64,000 nucleotides of DNA from an uncultured Alphaproteobacteria bacterium (GTDB lineage: Bacteria; Pseudomonadota; Alphaproteobacteria; HIMB59; GCA-002718135): the NCBI GenBank assembly GCA_902616075.1, contig CACMRK010000002.1, forward strand, positions 68,936 to 132,935. The letters are read 5' to 3'. Below are positions 55,173 through 64,000 of this stretch, one piece after another. The notes beneath the pieces were generated by a model. That model saw nothing but the letters and a program-made list of their open reading frames with translations, made no database searches and was not told the DNA's origin. How positions within the stretch are numbered: position 1 is the stretch's first letter; each line of letters starts with the position of its first letter. Position numbers and translations under genes: made by a program.

Positions 55173-55918
55173 ATAACTTTTGCCTCATGTTTTAGTTTTT
55201 GAACCAATTCAGCAACATCACTTACCATAATTCCTTTTTGTCTAACAGGTGGTTCTTCTACTTTTATTTGTTCAATTCTAGGTTCTATATTTATACCAAG
55301 TGAAGATGCTTCTTTTGTATCAATTGGTTTTTTCTTTGCTTTCATTATATTTGGTAAGGAAGCATACCTAGGTTCATTCAGTCGAAGATCACATGATGCT
55401 ACAAATGGTATAGACACTTTTATTCTTTCTAAACCTTCATCTATTTCTCTAGTAACGATTGCATTTTGACCATCAATTTCAATTTTAGATGCAAATGTAG
55501 CCTGAGGCCAATTGAGTAATGCAGATGTCATTTGACCAGTTTGATTAGAGTCATCATCAATTGCTTGTTTTCCCATTAAAATAATTGATGGTTTTTCTTC
55601 TTCAGCAACTTTAGAAATTATTTTAGAAATAGCTAGAGGTTCTAAATCATTGTCTGTTTTAATATGAATACCCCTATCAGCACCCATTGCTAATGCAGTT
55701 CGAATAGTTTCTTGTGCCTTATCATTACCTATAGAAAGAATTATAATCTCATCTGCTTTACCAGCTTCTTTTATTCGTAGAGCTTCTTCTACTGCGTTTT
55801 CATCAGGTGGATTCATAGACATTTTTACATTATCTTTTTCAACTCCAGAACCATCAGCTTTAACCCTGATTTGAACATTATAATCTATGACTCTTTTTAC
55901 GGTAACAAGTAACTTCAT
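55169..55918 (-). CDS. etfB: Electron transfer flavoprotein beta subunit
   Basis: [30 protein letters not shown]. Confidence 0.96.
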   Translation of the reverse strand: MKLLVTVKRVIDYNVQIRVKADGSGVEKDNVKMSMNPPDENAVEEALRIKEAGKADEIIILSIGNDKAQETIRTALAMGADRGIHIKTDNDLEPLAISKIISKVAEEEKPSIILMGKQAIDDDSNQTGQMTSALLNWPQATFASKIEIDGQNAIVTREIDEGLERIKVSIPFVASCDLRLNEPRYASLPNIMKAKKKPIDTKEASSLGINIEPRIEQIKVEEPPVRQKGIMVSDVAELVQKLKHEAKVI

Positions 55919-55919
55919 A

Positions 55920-58355
55920 CTATTGTTTTAGTTTTTCATTTTTAGGATCATAAGGGCTATCCTCTATAACAGTTACATTGTATTTTTTATCTAATATATC
56001 CATTTCTAATTTTTGACCAATGTCAGCAAATTGAGGCTCCACCATACCAATAGCTAATGATTTTTTCACTCTAAAACCATAGTTACCTCCTGTCGCACGA
56101 CCTATAACTCTTCCATTATTATAAATTGGATTATTACCCAATGCATCTGCATCTTCTACATCATGAACCTCTAAAGTTACCATTTTGTTTTTAAAACCAT
56201 TTTGCTGCCATTTAACGAGAGAATCTCTGCCAATAAAATTCCCTTTGTTTAAATGTACAAATCTATCTAACCCAGACTCAAAAGCTGCGTATTCTATAGA
56301 CATTTCTGTACCAACCAATTTATATGTTTTTTCAACACGTAAGCTTTCCATCGCTCTTATACCAAATGGTTTAAGTCCATGATCTTTTCCTGCTTCCATC
56401 AATTTATCAAAAATATGGTTTTGATATTCAATTGGATGATGTAATTCCCATCCGAGTTCCCCAACAAAATTCATACGCATAGCGATACTAGGAGCTAAAC
56501 CAACATTAATTTTTTTTGATGATAGCCAAGGGAAATTTTCATTAGATAAATCAGTCTTGGTAATTTTAGAGAGGATATCTCTTGATTTGGGTCCTGCTAA
56601 AACAAGAACACCCATACTATTAGTTAAATTTTCATAAATCACTGATCCATCTTTGGGCATCCATTTATGAATCCAATCATGATCTAATCGTTGAAATGCT
56701 CCTGCTGAAACTAAATAAAAGGAATTTTCTTTTTCTTTTGCAATTGTGAATTCTGAGTGAACTCCTCCAGCAGTGTTTAACGCATGACAAAGATTAACTC
56801 TTCCAATTTTTTTTGGAATTTTATTTGCAACAAAGTAGTCTAGAAACTCTTCTGCACCAGGTCCTGAAATCCGGCATTTAGCAAACGCAGTCATATCTAG
56901 AAGGCCAGCATTTTCGTGAACATTTAAGCACTCGTTGCCAACATGCTCAAACCATTTTGATCTTCTAAATGACCAATCATCTTTTTGTGATTCTTTTGAA
57001 GGAGCAAACCAGTTAGCGCGCTCCCAACCAAACTTTTGACCAAAAACTGCACCAAGATTTTTTAATCTATCATAACAAGGTGCTTGTCTTAAAGGACGTC
57101 CCTCTTCTCTTTCTTCATCAGGATAGTGTACTGTAAAGACATTCGCGTAAGCTTCTTCATTCTTTTTAATCAAATATGCCTCTGTAGCATAATCACCAAA
57201 TCTTCTTGGATCAACACCTAACATATCAATTGTAGGTTCGCCGTCTACTATCCACTCTGCAATTTGCCATCCAGCTCCGCCAGCTGCGGTAATTCCAAAA
57301 CTATGACCTTCATTTAACCAGAAATTTTTAAGTCCCCATGCTGGTCCAACAATTGGACTTCCATCCGGTGTATAACAAATAGCACCATTGTAAACTTTCT
57401 TAACTCCAACTTCTCCAAAAATAGGAACACGATGCATTGCTGATTCAATGTGAGGTTCTAAACGCTCTAGATCTTCTTGAAATAATTCGAATTCAGATTC
57501 TTTATCAGGTCCGTCTACATAGCAAACTGGAGCTCCTTTTTCATAAGGCCCTAATATTAACCCTCCTCTTTCTTCACGCATGTACCAAGAACTATCAGAA
57601 TCTCGTAAGACTCCCATTTCAGGAAGTCCTTGTTCTTTTCTTTTTAATATTTCAGGATGATCGTCAGTCACTATGTATTGGTGTTCAACAGGTATAACTG
57701 GAATATCAAGTCCGACCATTTTTCCAGTCTGTCGAGCAAAATTACCACTACATGAAACTACATGTTCACATTCGATTGATCCTTTATCGGTTTCTACAAT
57801 CCATAAGTCATCTTTATTTTTTTTAATCCCTATTACTGAAGTATTTCTATAAATTTCTGCACCTTTATCTCTTGCTCCTTTTGCAAGAGCTTGAGTTAGA
57901 TCGGCTGGTTGAATGTATCCATCTTCAGGATGCTGAATTGCACCTATCAATCCATCTGTATTACAAAGTGGCCAAATTTCTTTTACTTGTTCAGGTGTTA
58001 AAAATTTAACATCTACACCTATCGTTTTTGCGACTCCTGAATATTGATAATACTCATCCATTCTATCTTGAGTAGTTGCTAAACGGATATTAGAAACCAC
58101 ACTAAAACCAACTTTTTGTCCTGTTTCTTCTTCAAGAGTTTTGTAAAGTTTGACTGCGTATTTATGCAATTGACCTACCGAATAACTCATATTGAATAAT
58201 GGAAGTAACCCTGCTGCATGCCATGTTGATCCTGAAGTTAATTCCTTTCTTTCAACCAGGACTACATCTGACCAACCCTTTTTAGCTAAATGATAGAGAG
58301 TGCTAACGCCTACAGCACCTCCACCGATTACAACTACTTTTGACTTTGATTTCAT
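55920..58355 (-). CDS. Dimethylglycine dehydrogenase-like FAD oxidoreductase with GcvT folate domain
   Basis: [16 protein letters not shown] (covalent-FAD His), [19 protein letters not shown]; directly upstream of etfBA and ETF-QO. Confidence 0.88.
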   Translation of the reverse strand: MKSKSKVVVIGGGAVGVSTLYHLAKKGWSDVVLVERKELTSGSTWHAAGLLPLFNMSYSVGQLHKYAVKLYKTLEEETGQKVGFSVVSNIRLATTQDRMDEYYQYSGVAKTIGVDVKFLTPEQVKEIWPLCNTDGLIGAIQHPEDGYIQPADLTQALAKGARDKGAEIYRNTSVIGIKKNKDDLWIVETDKGSIECEHVVSCSGNFARQTGKMVGLDIPVIPVEHQYIVTDDHPEILKRKEQGLPEMGVLRDSDSSWYMREERGGLILGPYEKGAPVCYVDGPDKESEFELFQEDLERLEPHIESAMHRVPIFGEVGVKKVYNGAICYTPDGSPIVGPAWGLKNFWLNEGHSFGITAAGGAGWQIAEWIVDGEPTIDMLGVDPRRFGDYATEAYLIKKNEEAYANVFTVHYPDEEREEGRPLRQAPCYDRLKNLGAVFGQKFGWERANWFAPSKESQKDDWSFRRSKWFEHVGNECLNVHENAGLLDMTAFAKCRISGPGAEEFLDYFVANKIPKKIGRVNLCHALNTAGGVHSEFTIAKEKENSFYLVSAGAFQRLDHDWIHKWMPKDGSVIYENLTNSMGVLVLAGPKSRDILSKITKTDLSNENFPWLSSKKINVGLAPSIAMRMNFVGELGWELHHPIEYQNHIFDKLMEAGKDHGLKPFGIRAMESLRVEKTYKLVGTEMSIEYAAFESGLDRFVHLNKGNFIGRDSLVKWQQNGFKNKMVTLEVHDVEDADALGNNPIYNNGRVIGRATGGNYGFRVKKSLAIGMVEPQFADIGQKLEMDILDKKYNVTVIEDSPYDPKNEKLKQ

Positions 58356-58409
58356 TATTACTATTTAATACTGTACTTCATTAATCATATTAAATAAGGT
58401 GGGTCAATC

Positions 58410-59030
58410 ATGAGATACTTCAAAAAAATAATTTTGGTGGTTATAATGAGTGCGTTTATTTGTCTTCCTATAAAGGCTGAAATGACTCTTAAAGAATTGT
58501 TTTTTGATGAGTCTAAGCCTTTTCATTTAAAAATATTAGATGTTATTCCTGAAGAGGGAATTGTTCAAATTGGTGATGAAAATGCGAACAATACCATTAT
58601 TGAATTCATGGATTATTTTTGCGGATATTGTAAAAAAGTACATCCTGAATTACTTCAGATTGCAAGTGAAAGAAAAGATACACGAATAGTATTCTTACAA
58701 CATCCAATTTTAAGTGAGTCTTCTAAATTACTAGCAAATATGGTTATAGCTGCAAACATGCAGAACAAAGGTATCGATTTTCATAATGCATTGTTTGAGG
58801 TTGAAGGAAATTTAAATAATGCAAAACTAAAACAGATAATTGAAAACCTTGAGTTAAATGATGCTAAATTAAATATCGATATGACAAAAGAAAGTGTTAA
58901 TAATATTGTAAGACTGAGTTCTTTTTTAGCTAATGGATCGGGTGCTCGAGGTACTCCTACTTTTTTTGTTAATGAAGAACTTGTTGTTGGTTACATCTCC
59001 ATTGATAGAATAAAAGCTTTATTAAAATAA
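58410..59030 (+). CDS. DsbA/thioredoxin-fold periplasmic oxidoreductase
   Basis: Signal peptide, CGYC active site, GTPTF cis-proline loop. Confidence 0.9.
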   Translation: MRYFKKIILVVIMSAFICLPIKAEMTLKELFFDESKPFHLKILDVIPEEGIVQIGDENANNTIIEFMDYFCGYCKKVHPELLQIASERKDTRIVFLQHPILSESSKLLANMVIAANMQNKGIDFHNALFEVEGNLNNAKLKQIIENLELNDAKLNIDMTKESVNNIVRLSSFLANGSGARGTPTFFVNEELVVGYISIDRIKALLK

Positions 59031-59031
59031 G

Positions 59032-59058
59032 GAAGCTCTATTAATTAAATAGAGCTTC
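59032..59058. terminator. Hairpin between convergent genes, probable bidirectional terminator
   Basis: Perfect 11-bp stem GAAGCTCTATT-AATTA-AATAGAGCTTC between the dsbA-like and gcvT-like stop codons. Confidence 0.75.
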
Positions 59059-59068
59059 TTAAAATATA

Positions 59069-60400
59069 TTATTTATCTACTACTTCTCTAGTATTAGCGT
59101 TGTGTGATTCAGTAAAAGGAATTGGTACAACTTCTGCATCTACTGGCACTCCAGGTGAGTCTGCATATTGATCAGGTAGATGAACTTTGAATTTACGACC
59201 AAAATTTCCAACAGGAAAACCATTTTTATTTAGAGTTCCATCAAATGGCACATAGCCCATAGCAATGTTTCTTCCTTGCTCAGGATGATACCAAGGAGAT
59301 GTAATGAATCCACAAGGTTCATTACCATCTTCTGAAACAAGCCAAAAATCAGGTGCATATTCTTCGATAGGTTTTCCACCTAAGCTTAGTCCAACTAACT
59401 GAAGCTTATATGGTTTTTTTCCATCTTTTAAATCTGCTTTCATCTTTTCAAGAACAGTCTTACCAACATAATCAGAAGTTTTATTCCATTCACCTTTACC
59501 AGATAAAGATACTTGATATCCTAAATTACATTGAAAAGGATTATGCTGATTATCCATGTCTTGACCCCAAGATAGAATTCCTGCTTGGATTCTTCGATGA
59601 TGAGCCGGAGCTATAACCATAAGATTATGTTTTTTTCCTGCTTCTAAAACAGCATTCCACATATCATCGGCATATTTAGTAGACTCATATAAATAAATTT
59701 CAAATCCAGCCTCACCAGAGAAACCTGTTTGAGAAATTATACAATCTCTTCCACCAACTTTCGCAGCAGCAAGTCCATAGAATGGCATTTCATCAACTTT
59801 AACTTGATCACCTATTAAATCATTCATCAAAGCATGCGCTTTAGGGCCTTGAATTTGAACTGGGCTTACATCAATTTCATCGATATGAACATTAAATCTA
59901 TTATCATGATTTACACCTTGCAAATACAAGCCAATATCTGAGTCAGATAAAGAAAACCAAAACTCATCCTTCGAAATTCTTAGAAGAATAGGATCGTTTA
60001 AAACACCACCATATTGATTACAAAGAATTACGTATCTTCCTCTCATTGGAGATATTTTAGTAGCATCTCTAGTTATGACATAATCAACAAATGCCTCAGC
60101 ATCAGGACCTTTGACCTGAATTTGTCTTTCGACAGCAACATTCCACATGGTAACATGATTTTTAATTGCCTCATACTCAACCATTGCTCCACCATCTTCA
60201 GGCTTTACGTAACCTCTTGGATGATAAATTCTATTATAAACTGTTGCTCTCCAACATCCCGCCTCCATTGACAAATGCCAATAAGGTGATTTTCTCACTC
60301 TGGTTGAAATAAGCATTTGGACTGGTGTAGGACCACTTTGTCTTAAATTGTAGGGAACCTTTCTGTCCGATTGATCCACCGACGTAGAATGTTTAATCAT
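59069..60400 (-). CDS. GcvT-family THF-dependent aminomethyltransferase/demethylase (DmdA/LigM-related, long form)
   Basis: GPDA..F.D, GGVLNDP, QIQGP, TGFSGE.GFEIY, RRIQAGILSWG; AAGGAG ribosome-binding site. Confidence 0.85.
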   Translation of the reverse strand: MIKHSTSVDQSDRKVPYNLRQSGPTPVQMLISTRVRKSPYWHLSMEAGCWRATVYNRIYHPRGYVKPEDGGAMVEYEAIKNHVTMWNVAVERQIQVKGPDAEAFVDYVITRDATKISPMRGRYVILCNQYGGVLNDPILLRISKDEFWFSLSDSDIGLYLQGVNHDNRFNVHIDEIDVSPVQIQGPKAHALMNDLIGDQVKVDEMPFYGLAAAKVGGRDCIISQTGFSGEAGFEIYLYESTKYADDMWNAVLEAGKKHNLMVIAPAHHRRIQAGILSWGQDMDNQHNPFQCNLGYQVSLSGKGEWNKTSDYVGKTVLEKMKADLKDGKKPYKLQLVGLSLGGKPIEEYAPDFWLVSEDGNEPCGFITSPWYHPEQGRNIAMGYVPFDGTLNKNGFPVGNFGRKFKVHLPDQYADSPGVPVDAEVVPIPFTESHNANTREVVDK

Positions 60401-60551
60401 TATAAACTCCTTAAATAAATATGCTATTTCTGTATTTAATCTTTAAATACTCTGCAATGATAAAATGTAGGTGATGTAAAAAAAATGGTGGACCTTAATT
60501 AGGTCAAAATTTCGTCTTAGTTTTGACAGCAAATTTTGATATTTGTAGTCT

Positions 60552-61460
60552 ATGAAATTTAAATTATTACTACCTATTATCTCTTTACTAATTTTTTTAG
60601 GCGGTTGTTCAGCTAGTTATAAACAACTCTCTAAAATGGAAAATAAAGAACCAAAAAACTTTCAAGAACACTTACTATACGAATACAAAAAAAGAGCTAG
60701 TTTCGAGGCAGAAGAAATGCACGATTGGAATTCCGCAAAATTATATTCTGAAAAAGCTCTCAAGAGTTTAGAAACTGATGAAATATATCCAGAAGAAATT
60801 TCATATTGGAAAATTCCAGAAGAAAATATTAATGAAATAAAAATTGCATATGAAAACCTTATTACAATTTATAAAGATGCTAAAAATATTGATCCTATTA
60901 ATTTAGCAAGAGCTATTTCGTCATTAGACTGCTGGTCAGAGCAACAGGAGGAAAATTGGCAAACATGGGATATTAATAGTTGCAAGAATGATTTCTTAAA
61001 AGCCATGCATAATATTTATGAAAAAATATCTACTCAGGAAAATGAGCAGGAAACTTCAGATAACAAAGATAATAATTTAGAAAATGAAACAAAAGATGAA
61101 GTAACAATTGTGACTAAAAATGAAAATAAAGAATTAATGCAAATAATTTATTTTGATTTTGATCAATTCAATTTATCTGAAGTTAGTAAAGATAAAATAA
61201 AAAAATTTTTAAATAATTATGGAAGTGATATTAATGAATATCTTGTCGTTGGACATACTGATACTAAAGGAACAAACAAATATAATTTATTATTATCAAT
61301 CAAAAGAGCAAAGGTTGTAAAAGAAATTTTAATTAATTATGGAATTAATCAAAGTAGTATTAAAATTTTAGGCAAAGGTGAGGAATCTTTAGCTGTAGAT
61401 ACTCCAGATGACACCAAACAGCCCGCAAATAGAAGAGTGGAAATAAAAAAAACAAATTAA
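60552..61460 (+). CDS. OmpA-domain lipoprotein
   Basis: Lipobox LGGC; C-terminal IYFDFD, GHTDT.G...YN..LS..RA, NRRVEI. Confidence 0.88.
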   Translation: MKFKLLLPIISLLIFLGGCSASYKQLSKMENKEPKNFQEHLLYEYKKRASFEAEEMHDWNSAKLYSEKALKSLETDEIYPEEISYWKIPEENINEIKIAYENLITIYKDAKNIDPINLARAISSLDCWSEQQEENWQTWDINSCKNDFLKAMHNIYEKISTQENEQETSDNKDNNLENETKDEVTIVTKNENKELMQIIYFDFDQFNLSEVSKDKIKKFLNNYGSDINEYLVVGHTDTKGTNKYNLLLSIKRAKVVKEILINYGINQSSIKILGKGEESLAVDTPDDTKQPANRRVEIKKTN

Positions 61461-61500
61461 CTTTTGTTTATAAATATTTTGGTATATTGAGCTTCTTTCA

Positions 61501-61893
61501 ATGTATTCCAAAACTACAAAAAAAATAAATATTACTGTTAAGCCTTATTATCTTGAAGACCAATCTGAGCCTGAAGATCAGCATTATGTATGGGCTTATA
61601 AAGTAATAATTGATAACCAAGGTAATGAAAAAGTACAGCTTGTAAACAGGCATTGGAAAATTATTGATGCTAATGGTACTCTTCAAGAAGTACGAGGTAA
61701 GGGTGTTGTAGGTGAACAACCTATATTAAATCCAGGTGAAAAGTTTGAGTATACTAGTGGCACACCTTTAACTACTTCTTCAGGTTTCATGGAAGGAAGT
61801 TATGAGATGCAAGACGATGATGGAAATTCTTTTGATGTTCAAATACCTCAGTTTTCATTAGATACACCATTTGAAAATAATAAATTAAATTAA
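61501..61893 (+). CDS. apaG: ApaG protein
   Basis: RHWKI.D, GKGVVGEQP, YTSG.PL, G.M.G.Y. Confidence 0.95.
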   Translation: MYSKTTKKINITVKPYYLEDQSEPEDQHYVWAYKVIIDNQGNEKVQLVNRHWKIIDANGTLQEVRGKGVVGEQPILNPGEKFEYTSGTPLTTSSGFMEGSYEMQDDDGNSFDVQIPQFSLDTPFENNKLN

Positions 61894-61905
61894 TTCACAA
61901 ATACA

Positions 61906-63354
61906 ATGAGAGACTTTAGGTCGATATTAAATATAATTGGAATACTGATATGTATTGAAGCAGTAGCAATGCTGATTCCAATGTTCTTTGATCTTTATTA
62001 TGGTAATTATGATTGGTTACAATTTTTTTACTCAAGCTTAATCACATTTTTTATTGGTATAATTTTATATTTTTCATTTAGAAAAAAAAATATTAAGCTT
62101 GGAATTAGGCAGGCATTTTTGTTAACAATTTTATCTTGGTTAGTAATATCTCTTTTTGGCGCAATTCCATTTGTGTATTCATCATCTTCCCTATCATATA
62201 CAGATGCTTTTTTTGAGTCAGTAAGTGGAATTACTACGACTGGTGCAACTGTTATTAATAATTTAGAAAACTTATCAGAGGGTATATTAATTTGGAGATC
62301 TCTTCTTCAATGGTTTGGAGGAATAGGGATAATTGTTCTTGCAATGGCAATTTTGCCAACTTTACAAATTGGTGGAATGCAACTGCTACACATGGAACAT
62401 GATGATCCTTATGAAAAAACAATTCCTAAAGTTAATCGATTTGTAATTGAATTATTTCTACTTTACGTATCATTGTCAATTATTTGTGCCTTTTTGTATT
62501 TTGTAAATGGAATGCAAGGTTTTGATTCAATCATTCATGCAATGACTACTATCTCAACTGGTGGATTTTCTAATTATGATGAATCATTTTCATATTTTAA
62601 TTCATTTAAAATTGAAAGTATAAGTATTATTTTTATGTTGGTAGGAAGTTTACCATTTGTCTTGTATTTGCAATTTTTACATAATCAAAAAAAATTTATT
62701 TTTAAAGATGATCAAATAAAATTATTCTTTCTAATTTTATTTATAATTATTTTGTTAACGACAATTTGGCTAATTAGTAATCAATCTATAGATGCTATTT
62801 CTGCTTTTAGAATTGCTTTATTTAATATTACATCAATTTTAACTGGCACCGGCTATACTAGTAGTAACTTTTCTAATTGGGGAAGTTTTGGCATTGTAAT
62901 AATGATGATAATTATGTTTATTGGTGGGTGTGCAGGATCAACCACAGGAGGAATTAAAATATTTAGATTGCAAATACTTTTTAGAGGAGCAATTACCCAA
63001 ATAAGGAAACTGACTCAACCTCATGCAGTATTGATGATGAGATTTAATGGGAAATCAGTTAATGAAAACACTTATAACTCCATTATGGGCTTTTTCTTTA
63101 TGTATATATTTTTATTTATTTTATCAGCAGTAAGTTTAAGTTTATTCAATTTAGATTTTTTAACTGCCTTTTCAGCAGCTGCTTCTGCAATTTCAAATGT
63201 TGGCCCTGGTTTAGGTGAAATGATAGGACCTAGTGGAAATTATTTTTTATTAGACAATGGAGCTAAATGGATATTGTCTCTAACAATGATTATTGGAAGA
63301 CTAGAAATTTTTACAGTACTAGTTTTATTATCTATTAATTTTTGGAGAGCTTAA
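61906..63354 (+). CDS. trkH: Trk potassium uptake membrane protein TrkH
   Basis: FESVSGITTTGAT, STGGFS, GGCAGSTTGGIK, NVGPG, GRLEI. Confidence 0.95.
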   Translation: MRDFRSILNIIGILICIEAVAMLIPMFFDLYYGNYDWLQFFYSSLITFFIGIILYFSFRKKNIKLGIRQAFLLTILSWLVISLFGAIPFVYSSSSLSYTDAFFESVSGITTTGATVINNLENLSEGILIWRSLLQWFGGIGIIVLAMAILPTLQIGGMQLLHMEHDDPYEKTIPKVNRFVIELFLLYVSLSIICAFLYFVNGMQGFDSIIHAMTTISTGGFSNYDESFSYFNSFKIESISIIFMLVGSLPFVLYLQFLHNQKKFIFKDDQIKLFFLILFIIILLTTIWLISNQSIDAISAFRIALFNITSILTGTGYTSSNFSNWGSFGIVIMMIIMFIGGCAGSTTGGIKIFRLQILFRGAITQIRKLTQPHAVLMMRFNGKSVNENTYNSIMGFFFMYIFLFILSAVSLSLFNLDFLTAFSAAASAISNVGPGLGEMIGPSGNYFLLDNGAKWILSLTMIIGRLEIFTVLVLLSINFWRA

Positions 63355-63923
63355 ATACTTAGATAATCTCCCATATAAACAGATAATTGGTTTTTTGTTT
63401 CGTTAATATAATCTTTCATTGTTGTTAATAATAATTCATTAATAATTATTTCAACTTCATTTAATGAAATATATTTTTGAGATGTTGTAGATCTAGAAGT
63501 TTGAACAGTGGTATTTGCCTTTAAAAAACCACTGTCATCGTAGAGTTCATACTCAACTAAAAAAAATAATTCATATTTATATATAATTTTTTCTTCATAT
63601 TTTTTAGCATCAACATTCTCAATTTCATTTTTTGTAATAGATGCATCTAAAATATTAATAACTAATTTATTTTCATTTCCAATTTTTAATATGTTTTTGT
63701 TATGCCATTCCACAATTACATCTATTGGTGATTTTTGGATTTGTTCTTCAATATTATTTTGAGAAAAAATAGAATTATATTTTTTATTAATTTCAATATT
63801 TTTTGAATAAATTGAAATAGTATCAAGATTTGAAGTATCAATTTCAATTGGTCTTAATATTTCAACTGGTTGACATGATAGCACCAAAAATAAAATTAAG
63901 GTAAAACTACTTTTTAAGTACAT
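63351..63923 (-). CDS. Hypothetical lipoprotein
   Basis: Lipobox VLSC after a hydrophobic signal; no recognised domain. Confidence 0.7.
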   Translation of the reverse strand: MYLKSSFTLILFLVLSCQPVEILRPIEIDTSNLDTISIYSKNIEINKKYNSIFSQNNIEEQIQKSPIDVIVEWHNKNILKIGNENKLVINILDASITKNEIENVDAKKYEEKIIYKYELFFLVEYELYDDSGFLKANTTVQTSRSTTSQKYISLNEVEIIINELLLTTMKDYINETKNQLSVYMGDYLSI

Positions 63924-64000
63924 AAATTAATATAGCTTGTTGAATGTACATTCTATTTTTTGCTTGCATTAATACAACAGAATTTTTTCCATCAAGAACT
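63907..64000 (-). CDS. argF: Ornithine carbamoyltransferase, 3' end (partial)
   Basis: Hand translation VLDGKNSVVLMQAKNRMYIQQAILIYVLKK* matches the carbamoyltransferase C-terminal S.V..QA.NR motif; argF commonly lies near apaG in Alphaproteobacteria. Confidence 0.7.
   Translation of the reverse strand, partial: VLDGKNSVVLMQAKNRMYIQQAILIYVLKK

Overview
This window is a very AT-rich, extremely gene-dense stretch of a streamlined marine alphaproteobacterial chromosome (Pelagibacterales/SAR11-like by gene content and compaction; the taxon is inferred, not proven). Left to right it contains: (1) a formate dehydrogenase beta subunit (partial) with Mo/W-cofactor genes (tusA, moeA, mobB, tupB-like, fdhD, mobA) and sulfur-exporter genes; (2) core genes pyrE, pdxH, fabI, aroC, tlyA, xseB, rluD, rpoH, purA, hisZ, glmM, ftsH, tilS; (3) the tol-pal operon, yebC, ymdB, ygfA and zapA; (4) tkt, gap, efp, suhB, rpmE and trcR; (5) a photolyase plus a furan/cyclopropane fatty-acid-type cluster; (6) a C1/methylamine oxidation region (metF, fhs, soxBDAG, etf, ETF-QO, dimethylglycine dehydrogenase, GcvT-type demethylase); (7) ompA, apaG, trkH and the 3' end of argF. 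No rRNA, tRNA, CRISPR array or mobile element was seen. The most notable observation is a 97-aa protein with the archaeal/phage Hjc-type Holliday-junction-resolvase signature that sits, tightly coupled, between yebC and tolQ, exactly where ruvC-ruvA-ruvB(-ybgC) normally lie; this suggests in situ non-orthologous replacement of RuvABC. All product calls come from recognising motifs by eye, with no database searches.
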